Part shown: piece by piece, positions 9,315 through 18,326 of the stretch
Position numbering within the stretch: the first letter of the stretch is position 1
Layout: each line of letters opens with the position of its first letter
Assembly: GCA_026984135.1 (NCBI GenBank)
Contig: JALSSR010000282.1
Span: 1,930-65,929, forward strand
DNA: 64,000 nucleotides
DNA from: Bacteroidales bacterium
Lineage (GTDB): Bacteria; Bacteroidota; Bacteroidia; Bacteroidales; JAADJA01
Direction of reading: 5' to 3'
Made by a program: the position numbers and the translations under genes
The notes under the pieces: model-generated
The model's database searches: none
What the model saw: the letters and a program-made list of their open reading frames with translations, nothing else
Told to the model about the DNA's origin: nothing

Positions 9315-9396
9315 TTTATTGAATAAAACTTTAAAATCAGGTGTAAAGAAATAAAACAAAATTGACCTGACCAAATATCATTAAAAATAAATTCAA

Positions 9397-12300
9397 TTAT
9401 TTAAAGTTGTAACCCGGGAGGGTAAATTTAAATTTACTGCCTACCCCGTATTTACTTTCAACCCATATTTTACCTCCGTTTTTTTCAACAAACTCTTTAC
9501 ATAAAATCAGCCCCAAACCGGAGCCTTGCTCATTTGAAGTTCCGTAACTTTTAAATTGTTTGTCAATTTTAAACAATTTTTTTTGATTTTCTTTGCTGAT
9601 TCCCACACCATTATCGGCAATGCAAACTTCAATATAATTGCCTGTTTCGGATGCGGAAATTTCAATTTTTCCACCCGGCCGGGTAAATTTAATAGCATTT
9701 GAAAGCAGATTTCTGATGACTGTCCTTGTCATATTTTCATCAGCAAAAGCAGTTGTATTTGAAGGAACTTTCAATGTAACGGTAATATCTTTATTCGTAG
9801 CACTACTTTTGAGTACTGAAATATTGTTGTTGATAATTTCATTCAAATCAATGGCATCAGGTTTATATTCAATACTTTGGGTTTGTGTACGCGACCACTC
9901 CAAAAGATTTTGTAATAGTTTATAAGTATTTTCGGTAGCATCACTAATATTTCTGATAAATGTTTTACGTTGTTTTTCATCAAAGTTATCATATGCTTCT
10001 GACAGCAGATTTGAAAAGCCCATAATTGCATTAAAAGGATTTTTAAGGTCATGGGCAACAATGGAAAAGAATTTATCTTTTGTTGCGTTAAGCTGTCGAA
10101 GTTTTTCTTCCGACTCTTCCAAAACCGTAACAGCCTCTTTGTATTTTGTAATATCAACAGCTACAACCAGAATTGCTTTTTTACCTTCATAATCAATAGT
10201 GGTACCCAGCGCCTCGACCCATCTTATTTTATTATCTTTTCTCACTACCCGAAATTCATTTTTTTCCGGTACTACTTTTCCGCTAAACATTCTTTTCAGC
10301 AAAACAGTTGCTTTTTTGTAATCATCAGGATAAATAACCGTTTTTAACCAGTCTTTACCTTTTTTTACCATTTCGCTATAAGAATACATTGTCAGGTTTT
10401 CAAGCCTTTTATTGGCAGAAAGCAATTTGTCGTCCTGCATTATAAACATAGCCTGTAACGAGTTTTCAACAAGAATCCTGTATTTCATTTCCGATTCTGT
10501 TCTTGCATACTCGGCTTCTTTTGATTTTGTTATATCTTCAATGTTTAGGATAACATTTGAAACATTTCCCTGCCTGTTCAAAACAGGAGTTATATAGTAT
10601 TTAAGAAAAGTTGTCTTACCCCACTTTGAAGTATATTTTACCTCATTGTAGATTAGTTTTTTAAGCTCAATACACTTTTTAATATCATCGGTAATACCGG
10701 CGGATTTAAGTGGTGAATGTTTAAAACAGTTTATTTTTTTCATCTCCTCCTCGTCGGGAGAGCCGAATAGTTCGAGGATTTTTTTGTTGACTTCAAGGAT
10801 TTTCCCTGTTTTATTAAGGAGTAATATCCCTGTTGGAGAATTTTCAACAAGGCTTTTATATTTTCTTTCATTCTTTCGCAACTCTTCCAAAGTATTTGCA
10901 AAGTTTTCCTGTTCGGAAGTCAGTTTTTTATTTGCTTCCAGAATTTTTCTGTTTATTTTAGTCTTTGCTTTCAGGTCGAGAAATACCAACAAACCAAAAA
11001 TCAGAATAAGTATTAGGATGATTATCAGGTAAATACGTTGGGTTTGTTGCGCTTTCTTTTTATTTAATTCCGTTTGAACTCTCAAGTTATCATCCAACTC
11101 GATTTTTGCTATTTCGTTTTTTATCTGTACCTCGGCAAGTGTTTTGTGAAAATCCTCACTATATACCGAATCTTTTTCCGCTGTATATTTTTTAAGGTAT
11201 ATGAATGCTTTTGGGTAGTTTTTTTGCTTTTCATAAATTTGGTAAAGCAGTTTATAGTTTTTCAGAATTATTGAAGAGAGTTTTAGCGAGTCGGCTATAT
11301 TAAGACTTTTATTTACATAATTCATTGCTTTTGCAAAATTATTCAGTTTGAAATATGTTTCGCCGATTGTAAGGTATGACTCGGCAATACCTCTTTTATT
11401 TCCCCGACTGATTTCCATATCCAAAGAGCGTTGCAAAAACTCAAGAGCTTTGGAGTGTTCACCCAAATCAAAATAACTTTCACCCAGATTATTTGTTACC
11501 TGCGTAATACCCAGATTGTCGTCTTCCTCCTGATACAATTTCAAAGCTTTGGAATAGTATTCGACGGCAATATCGTTTTGCCCCCATTCACTGTAAATGA
11601 TGCCGATATTATTATATGAACCTGCAATGCCGGATTTATTTTCCGCTTTTTTATCTATCTGAAGCGATTTTTGGTAATACTCCAGAGCTTTTTCTCTATT
11701 ACCCCAATCGGAATATACAATTCCTATATTATTATATAGCTGTGCCATTCCGTCCTGGTCATTTATTTTTTTATAGACGTCGAGAGATTTCAGGTAGTAT
11801 TTAAGCGATTTTTCATAATCTCCCAGGTCGTTGTAAACAATACCTATGTTATTGTTTATGGATGCGACAAGTAATGTGTCATTTGTTTTTTTTGCAAGGT
11901 TAAGGGCTTTTTGGTAGTTTATCAATGCCGGACCGTAATCGCTTTTCCCGTAAAAAGTATCACCGAGATATGAATAAAGTCTGGCCAAATCATTTTTCTT
12001 TAATAATTGTTTTTCGTTTGACAGCAGTGAAGAGAAAAAGTTTCTGGCACTGTCGTATTCATTTTTATTCAGATAGCATAAACCTATTGAAGTTATAATA
12101 CTTGACTTTAGCGTATCGTTACTTATACTATCACGTCCGTTAAGTGCAGATTGATAAGCATCGCCTGCATTATTATATTTTGACAGATTATAATATGCGT
12201 TCCCCAGATTATATAAAGCAATTGATTTTGCGTTTTTATCTTCAAGAAGATTTGCAAGCTCAATGGCCTTGGTAGCATAATTTTTTGCTATTTCAGGATC

Positions 12301-12525
12301 TTTATTCAGATATTTTTCAGAAAGCTGATTAAAAATGGTAAGCTTTTCAACGGTAGTTGCTTTTAGTAGCTTGCTCTCAAGCTTTTCGATATTTTGAGTG
12401 TTTTTGTCAATAATAGTGTCGCAATATCCAATCTGCGTAAAAAAATTAAAAAACACCAGAAGCACAACAAGCCTGTTCAATGTTTTGCAGATTAATTTTG
12501 GATTTGTTGATAAAACTATTTTCAA
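9397..12525 (-). CDS. TPR-repeat sensor histidine kinase with PAS domains
   Basis: 1042 aa. Signal/TM, then about 10 TPR-like repeats (..YNNIGIVY.. recurs), a TM helix (IYLIIILILILIFGLLVFL) and two PAS-like regions. H-box FSIVAHDLKNP, N-box NLLSNAIKFT, G1 DNGVGI, G2 GSGLGL. Confidence 0.9.
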   Translation of the reverse strand: MKIVLSTNPKLICKTLNRLVVLLVFFNFFTQIGYCDTIIDKNTQNIEKLESKLLKATTVEKLTIFNQLSEKYLNKDPEIAKNYATKAIELANLLEDKNAKSIALYNLGNAYYNLSKYNNAGDAYQSALNGRDSISNDTLKSSIITSIGLCYLNKNEYDSARNFFSSLLSNEKQLLKKNDLARLYSYLGDTFYGKSDYGPALINYQKALNLAKKTNDTLLVASINNNIGIVYNDLGDYEKSLKYYLKSLDVYKKINDQDGMAQLYNNIGIVYSDWGNREKALEYYQKSLQIDKKAENKSGIAGSYNNIGIIYSEWGQNDIAVEYYSKALKLYQEEDDNLGITQVTNNLGESYFDLGEHSKALEFLQRSLDMEISRGNKRGIAESYLTIGETYFKLNNFAKAMNYVNKSLNIADSLKLSSIILKNYKLLYQIYEKQKNYPKAFIYLKKYTAEKDSVYSEDFHKTLAEVQIKNEIAKIELDDNLRVQTELNKKKAQQTQRIYLIIILILILIFGLLVFLDLKAKTKINRKILEANKKLTSEQENFANTLEELRKNERKYKSLVENSPTGILLLNKTGKILEVNKKILELFGSPDEEEMKKINCFKHSPLKSAGITDDIKKCIELKKLIYNEVKYTSKWGKTTFLKYYITPVLNRQGNVSNVILNIEDITKSKEAEYARTESEMKYRILVENSLQAMFIMQDDKLLSANKRLENLTMYSYSEMVKKGKDWLKTVIYPDDYKKATVLLKRMFSGKVVPEKNEFRVVRKDNKIRWVEALGTTIDYEGKKAILVVAVDITKYKEAVTVLEESEEKLRQLNATKDKFFSIVAHDLKNPFNAIMGFSNLLSEAYDNFDEKQRKTFIRNISDATENTYKLLQNLLEWSRTQTQSIEYKPDAIDLNEIINNNISVLKSSATNKDITVTLKVPSNTTAFADENMTRTVIRNLLSNAIKFTRPGGKIEISASETGNYIEVCIADNGVGISKENQKKLFKIDKQFKSYGTSNEQGSGLGLILCKEFVEKNGGKIWVESKYGVGSKFKFTLPGYNFK

Positions 12526-12557
12526 AACAAAATAATATTAATTAGTTATCAAAATTT

Positions 12558-13439
12558 TCAAGTTGTAAGCCTTTCCAAAACGGTCTTAATTAGTTCTTTA
12601 ACAGCAATGTTGTAGTCATTATTATATTCAAGTCTGTATCTGTTTGCAATGGCAACACAGATTGTAAGTGTATTGTGTCCCAGCATTTTTCCCAAACCAT
12701 ACAGTGCAGATGTTTCCATTTCAAAATTTAAAATCCTTTTATCCTTATATTTAAAATTGTGAAGAATGTCAACAAGATCGGGATAAGCGAGATTAAGCCG
12801 AACAACCCTTCCCTGCGGACCGTAAAAACCCGGTGAAGTTGCTGTAATACCCTTATAAAAACCTTTTCCGAGTTTTTCGGCAAGCATTTCCGAACCCTTT
12901 ATGATATATGGCTTTGACAAATCTTCCGGCCAGTTTGAAAACTTATAAAAGGCTTCCGTCATCTCTTTTTCAAATACCTCTTTCTTTTTATCGTAATAAA
13001 GAACCACACTGTCGAGCCCAAGCCCGTATTCCGAGACGATAAACGAGTTTAAAGGTACGTCGGGTTGAAGTGCTCCCGAAGTACCAAGTCTGATAATATT
13101 TAATGTTGTGTGCTCTTCTTTTGCCACCCTTTCATTTAAATCAACATTAACCAGGGCATCCAGTTCATTGAGAACAATATCAATATTATCGGTACCCATT
13201 CCCGTGGAGAGAACGGTCAATCTTTTGTTGTTGAACTTTCCGGTGTGAGTACACAGCTCTCTATTACAGCTCTTAAATTCAATTTTGTCAAAATGGTCGG
13301 AAATTATTTCAACTCTTTTCGGATCACCGACCAGAATAACCGTGTCGGCTAACTGTTCGGGTTTAAGGTTTAAATGATATACACTTCCGTCAGGATGTAA
13401 AATCAATTCCGATTCAGGTATTTTTTTATCTTTGGTCAT
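12558..13439 (-). CDS. nucleoside phosphorylase (PNP/UDP family)
   Basis: 293 aa. RLGTSGAL and FEMETSALYGL blocks typical of the PNP_UDP_1 family. Confidence 0.75.
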   Translation of the reverse strand: MTKDKKIPESELILHPDGSVYHLNLKPEQLADTVILVGDPKRVEIISDHFDKIEFKSCNRELCTHTGKFNNKRLTVLSTGMGTDNIDIVLNELDALVNVDLNERVAKEEHTTLNIIRLGTSGALQPDVPLNSFIVSEYGLGLDSVVLYYDKKKEVFEKEMTEAFYKFSNWPEDLSKPYIIKGSEMLAEKLGKGFYKGITATSPGFYGPQGRVVRLNLAYPDLVDILHNFKYKDKRILNFEMETSALYGLGKMLGHNTLTICVAIANRYRLEYNNDYNIAVKELIKTVLERLTT

Positions 13440-13469
13440 CAGGAAAAACTCTACTTTTGTTATAAATTA

Positions 13470-13477
13470 CAAATATA
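13470..13477 (-). promoter_or_regulatory. Bacteroidota -7 promoter box (TAnnTTTG)
   Basis: The minus strand reads TATATTTG, 30 nt upstream of the ATG at 13439. Confidence 0.4.
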
Positions 13478-13579
13478 TGTGATTGATATTAACGTATGAA
13501 GTGTTAAATATGTTTTATGTTAACAATTTATTGTTAATGACTAAAATGATTAATAGTCTGTAAATCAATAAAAAAGAAA

Positions 13580-14812
13580 ATGAAAACGGAAATAATTTCA
13601 ATTGGTGACGAGTTGCTCATAGGGCAGGTGGTGAATACCAATGCCGCATGGATAGGTGAGCAGATGACAATGGCAGGGATAAAAGTATATCAGGCGGTTT
13701 CCATTGCCGATGATTATGATCATATTTTTGAAGCTCTGAAACTTGCGAGTGAGCGGGCTGATATTGTTTTGATAACCGGCGGCCTTGGCCCCACAAAAGA
13801 TGATATTACGAAAAAGACCCTTTGTGATTTTTTCGATTCAAAACTTGTTTTTAACGAAGCTGTTTTTGAAGATGTAAAGGAGATTTTCAGGGTCAGGGGA
13901 CGGCAGGTTACCGATTTGAACCGTAAGCAGGCCGAAGTACCCGATAACTGTACTGTAATACGTAATGTTCACGGTACTGCTCCCGGAATGTGGTTTGAAA
14001 AAGATGGGATAATCTTTGTTTCTATGCCCGGGGTACCGTTTGAAATGAAGCCGATGATGACGGATTATATCATTCCCGAACTGCAACAAAGATTTAATCT
14101 TCCTGCAATATATCACAAAACTGTATTGACCCAGGGTGTTCCCGAATCGGAGATGGCTGCTATGATTGAGGATTGGGAAAACAGCCTGCCGCATAATGTG
14201 AAATTGGCCTATTTGCCTCAACCCGGAATAGTTAGGTTACGGTTAACGGCTTCGGGAAAGAACAGGGATAAACTTGTTGCTCTGGTGGAAAATGAGATAA
14301 TAAAACTGAAAAAGATTATAGGTGAATACATTTTCGGTTTTGACAAAGATACTCTTGAGGAGGTTGTCGGCAATCTTCTTCGCGAAAAAAGTAAAACCGT
14401 TTCCTCAGCCGAGAGTTGTACGGGTGGTTACATAGCGCACCTTATTACAAGTGTTGCGGGTAGTTCCGATTATTATAAAGGTTCGGTAGTGTCGTACGCT
14501 AATGAGATCAAGAGCCGGATTTTGGGAGTTGAAGAAAAAGATATTGAAAGGTATGGTGCTGTAAGCGAGTCTGTTGTGTCTCAGATGGCAGTGGGAGTAA
14601 GAGAAAAATTTAAAACCGATTATGCCGTTGCCACTTCCGGGGTAGCAGGCCCCACAGGAGGAACAAAGGAAAAACCTGTCGGTACAACATGGATTGCAGT
14701 TGCAACCAGTGACAAAGTCTTTGCAAAACAGTTTCATTTCGGCGAACACAGGGGCAGAAATATTCGCAGGGCGGCATTAATGGCACTTGATATGTTAAGA
14801 AAAGAGTTGTAG
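13580..14812 (+). CDS. cinA: CinA family protein (MoCF-binding domain plus NMN amidohydrolase domain)
   Basis: 410 aa. EIISIGDELLIGQVVNTNA start, ITGGLGPTKDDITK, and the C-terminal AESCTGG...ATSGVAGP PncC-type block. Confidence 0.9.
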   Translation: MKTEIISIGDELLIGQVVNTNAAWIGEQMTMAGIKVYQAVSIADDYDHIFEALKLASERADIVLITGGLGPTKDDITKKTLCDFFDSKLVFNEAVFEDVKEIFRVRGRQVTDLNRKQAEVPDNCTVIRNVHGTAPGMWFEKDGIIFVSMPGVPFEMKPMMTDYIIPELQQRFNLPAIYHKTVLTQGVPESEMAAMIEDWENSLPHNVKLAYLPQPGIVRLRLTASGKNRDKLVALVENEIIKLKKIIGEYIFGFDKDTLEEVVGNLLREKSKTVSSAESCTGGYIAHLITSVAGSSDYYKGSVVSYANEIKSRILGVEEKDIERYGAVSESVVSQMAVGVREKFKTDYAVATSGVAGPTGGTKEKPVGTTWIAVATSDKVFAKQFHFGEHRGRNIRRAALMALDMLRKEL

Positions 14813-14939
14813 TGTATCTCATAGTTAAACTTATGCTGAACCGTAATGCCGGAATACAAAAAATCAAATAGAGTTAAGTCAGCCGGTTATGAAAAGTTAT
14901 AACGGTAAAGTTTATGCGTTTTAGTATAAAATATTTTTC

Positions 14940-14947
14940 TACTTTTG
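14940..14947 (+). promoter_or_regulatory. Bacteroidota -7 promoter box (TAnnTTTG)
   Basis: TACTTTTG, 52 nt upstream of the ATG at 15000. Confidence 0.4.
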
Positions 14948-14999
14948 AAGTTTATTCCAGTAGCCCTTTATTTTATAAAACAAAAGGAAACATTTGAAT

Positions 15000-17324
15000 A
15001 TGAGTGAGGATTTTAATTCGGAAAGCGGTAAGGAAAAGAAAATTCCCGGAAGGAATGATGATAAGATAAACAAGGATAAAAGAAAACAATACGGTAAGTA
15101 TGTTTTTATTTTCTGGTTTTTGTTTGTTCTTGGAATTGCGTTTGTTGTCGGTCTTTTTGTAATGATATCATCCGGTAAACTCGGTTATATTCCCACCTTT
15201 GAAGAGCTTGAAAATCCAAAGATCAATCTTGCTTCGGAAGTATATTCTTCAGACGGGGTCGTTCTCGGAAAATTTTATATCGAAAACCGCTCCGACGTTG
15301 ATTTTCGTGATATTGATACTAACCTTATCAATGCACTAATAGCAACCGAGGATATCAGGTTTTACGATCATTCGGGAATTGATTTTAAAGCATTGTTGAG
15401 AGCCATAAAAGGCGTGGTTACCGGCCGGTTCAGTGGTGGTGCAAGTACTATAACACAGCAATTTGCAAAACTGTTGTATCACGAAAGGGATAAATCGCAA
15501 AAATTTAAAACCATTCTTCAAAAGCTTAACGAATGGGTAATTGCTTCAAAACTCGAAAAGAGATATTCCAAAGATGAGATCATTACAATGTATCTCAATA
15601 AATTTGATTTTATCAATAATGCCGTGGGTATAAAATCAGCAGCCAAAATTTATTTTAACACAACCCCCGATTCATTGAAAGTAGAAGAGGCTGCAGTGCT
15701 TGTGGGAATGCTGAAAAATCCCTCTCTTTATAATCCTGTCAGAAGGCCCGATACTGTTAAATTCAGGCGCAATGTGGTGATGTCGCAAATGGTAAAGTAC
15801 GGCTTTCTCGATAAAGCGGTTTATGATTCTTTGAAACTGTTGCCTGTTGATATGTCAAAATTCGGCAGACAAAGTCATATTACAGGACATGCAACATATT
15901 TCAGAGAATACTTACGCGGCGTTCTGAAAAAATGGTGTAGCACCCATTACAAACCTGACGGTTCAACATATAATCTTTATGAGGACGGACTGAAAATATA
16001 TACTACCGTTAACTCAAAGATGCAGAATTATGCTGAAGCGGCAGTCAGGGAACATTTAAGTCAGGATCTGCAACCGAAGTTTTTCAGACATTGGAAAGGT
16101 CATAAATATGCTCCCTTCTATTTTGAAAATAATGCAAAACAGGAAGTTCATAAGATAATGACACAGGCTATGCACCGCTCGGAGCGTTATCGCAGGCTTA
16201 AAAAGAGAGATGTGCCAATGGATTCCATTAAGCTGATTTTCAATACACCTACGCATATGAAGGTCTTTTCGTGGCACGGTGAGATTGATACTGTTATGTC
16301 TCCAATGGATTCCATTCATTATTATAAGTTCTTTTTACAGGCGGGATTGATGTCAATGGAGCCTCAAACAGGTTATGTGAGGGCTTATGTGGGAGGTATC
16401 AACTATAAACATTTTAAGTATGACCATGTTACGCAGGCAAAACGGCAGGTAGGTTCCACTTTCAAGCCGTTCCTTTATACTCTTGCAATGCAGAACGGAC
16501 TCTCCCCTTGTACGGAATTTCCCAATATCCAGCCGATAATTTATCTTGATAACGGTGATACCTGGGAGCCGAGAAACTCCTCGGATAAGGATAAAGGATT
16601 GGAAATCAGCCTGAAATATGCTCTGGCAACATCCAACAACTGGATTTCGGGCTGGCTTATTAAACGTTTTTCACCGCAATCCGTCGTTAAGATTGCCAGA
16701 AAAATGGGTGTTACAAGTTTTCTTGACCCTGTACCGGCTATTGTTCTCGGAACACCCGATATTTCCCTCTATGAAATGGTGGGTGCAATGAATACCTTTG
16801 CCAATAAAGGCGTTTATATCGAACCGGTCTTTATTACGAAAATTGAAGATAAAAACGGAAATATCGTTGAAACATTCATTCCCGAACAACAAGAAGCTAT
16901 GAGCGAGGAAACGGCTTATCTTATGCTTAATCTGCTTGAAGGAGTGGTACAATATGGTACAGGAATACGGCTAAGATTGAAATATCATTTTAACAATCCC
17001 ATTGCAGGAAAAACCGGAACAACAAACAACCAGTCCGACGGATGGTTTATGGGCATTACTCCGAAACTTACAACGGGAGTATGGGTAGGATGCGAAGACC
17101 GTGCAGCTCACTTCAGGACCATCAGTCTCGGTCAAGGAGCAAATATGGCACTGCCGATTTGGGCTCTTTATATGGAGAGAATTTATGCCGACTCCACTTT
17201 GAACATTCCGCAGGATATTGATTTTGAGAAACCTTTGAAACCCCTTTCCGTGGAGGTTGACTGCGATAAGTATGATTCAAAAGGAAACATAAAGGCAACG
17301 GATATTGAAGAGGATGAATTTTAG
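15000..17324 (+). CDS. penicillin-binding protein 1A (bifunctional transglycosylase/transpeptidase)
   Basis: The track ORF begins at a TTG at 14994. I prefer the ATG at 15000. GT51 motifs EDIRFYDHSGID, GASTITQQ, RKLNEW-like and KDEIITMYLN. Transpeptidase motifs STFKP, SNN and KTGTT. Confidence 0.92.
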   Translation: MSEDFNSESGKEKKIPGRNDDKINKDKRKQYGKYVFIFWFLFVLGIAFVVGLFVMISSGKLGYIPTFEELENPKINLASEVYSSDGVVLGKFYIENRSDVDFRDIDTNLINALIATEDIRFYDHSGIDFKALLRAIKGVVTGRFSGGASTITQQFAKLLYHERDKSQKFKTILQKLNEWVIASKLEKRYSKDEIITMYLNKFDFINNAVGIKSAAKIYFNTTPDSLKVEEAAVLVGMLKNPSLYNPVRRPDTVKFRRNVVMSQMVKYGFLDKAVYDSLKLLPVDMSKFGRQSHITGHATYFREYLRGVLKKWCSTHYKPDGSTYNLYEDGLKIYTTVNSKMQNYAEAAVREHLSQDLQPKFFRHWKGHKYAPFYFENNAKQEVHKIMTQAMHRSERYRRLKKRDVPMDSIKLIFNTPTHMKVFSWHGEIDTVMSPMDSIHYYKFFLQAGLMSMEPQTGYVRAYVGGINYKHFKYDHVTQAKRQVGSTFKPFLYTLAMQNGLSPCTEFPNIQPIIYLDNGDTWEPRNSSDKDKGLEISLKYALATSNNWISGWLIKRFSPQSVVKIARKMGVTSFLDPVPAIVLGTPDISLYEMVGAMNTFANKGVYIEPVFITKIEDKNGNIVETFIPEQQEAMSEETAYLMLNLLEGVVQYGTGIRLRLKYHFNNPIAGKTGTTNNQSDGWFMGITPKLTTGVWVGCEDRAAHFRTISLGQGANMALPIWALYMERIYADSTLNIPQDIDFEKPLKPLSVEVDCDKYDSKGNIKATDIEEDEF

Positions 17325-17387
17325 CCTTAGTGGCAAAATAACTGAAAATTAGGCACAAAGACACTAAGACCCAAAGAAAACACAAGG
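17324..17387 (+). repeat. ~64-nt hairpin repeat, copy A, starting on the last base of the PBP1A stop codon
   Basis: GCCTTAGTGGCAAAATAACTGAAAATTAGGCACAAAGACACTAAGACCCAAAGAAAACACAAGG. It matches the reverse complement of 22401-22466 with 5 mismatches over the first 62 positions. Internal arms are GCCTTAGTG and CACTAAGAC. Confidence 0.9.
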
Positions 17388-17641
17388 AAAAAGACAAAGA
17401 AAAGCACCATTCCTGCCGGGTGAACCCTATTAATCACCTGTCAGAAAAAAATATTTCCCCATTAACGAACTTCTTGGCAGGAATCACTCAACACCGGGAG
17501 GCCGTTCAAAATAAGTTGTTTGTCCGCCGGATTCATAATATTAACAGCTGAAAACCGGTTTGAACGGGCAAACGGATATTTTGTCCGTTTCCAATTCATT
17601 GTGAAAACTTATTTTTTTTCTTTTGTGTTATAATGCTTTAT

Positions 17642-18211
17642 CTAAAAACTAAATACCAGCCCGAATCCATTTGTGCTCAACTTAAGATTGATACCAAAAT
17701 TATAATATGAAAATTTTTTCAATCCATTGTTATAAGTTGCAGTAGCCTTGCGAATATTTTTTGAATATCCGAATTGCATGGGAACTGATAGAAGTATAAA
17801 AGAACCGCCGACAATCAAACTTTTTATCACAATATCCTGATTTTTTGTATCAGGATATTGAAGCAGCCCGTAAGCAATGGCAATAGTTCCCGATCCTAAA
17901 AGTACATTGCCCCAAATACGGTTAACATTGGCAAGTCTGACATAATTGTGCGTTTCGGGGTTAGTTAGTATAATTTTTTTTAAATCTAAATAGCTTAGTT
18001 TTTCATTATTGTAATAATAGGAAGTTGTTAAAAACCTTTTTTTCATTGTTATTGAATCAAGCATTTCATATCCGGCTGGAGTATTGTTATTTGTCAAAAC
18101 AATAGTACCTTGTTTTGTTACTTGCCTAATAGAATCCTTATTATCAGGGTGTTGCCCGAAAACGCCGGTGCTTAAAAACACAAACAAAATAAAGATGGGA
18201 ATAAATTTCAT
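17642..18211 (-). CDS. hypothetical secreted/membrane protein
   Basis: 189 aa. Signal peptide MKFIPIFILFVFLSTGVFGQ, two internal hydrophobic helices, C-terminal ..GLVFSF. No family recognised. Confidence 0.6.
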   Translation of the reverse strand: MKFIPIFILFVFLSTGVFGQHPDNKDSIRQVTKQGTIVLTNNNTPAGYEMLDSITMKKRFLTTSYYYNNEKLSYLDLKKIILTNPETHNYVRLANVNRIWGNVLLGSGTIAIAYGLLQYPDTKNQDIVIKSLIVGGSFILLSVPMQFGYSKNIRKATATYNNGLKKFSYYNFGINLKLSTNGFGLVFSF

Positions 18212-18293
18212 TTGAAAACGATTTAAAAATTTCTATTACCGCAAAATTAATAATTAATTCCGATTTGCAACTTTCCTGTACAATAAAATGTCT

Positions 18294-18301
18294 TATTTTT
18301 G
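18294..18301 (+). promoter_or_regulatory. Bacteroidota -7 promoter box (TAnnTTTG)
   Basis: TATTTTTG lies inside the 5' end of the track ORF and 25 nt upstream of the ATG at 18327. This supports the downstream start. Confidence 0.45.
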
Positions 18302-18326
18302 CTTGCTAACAATTACTTATAAAAAT

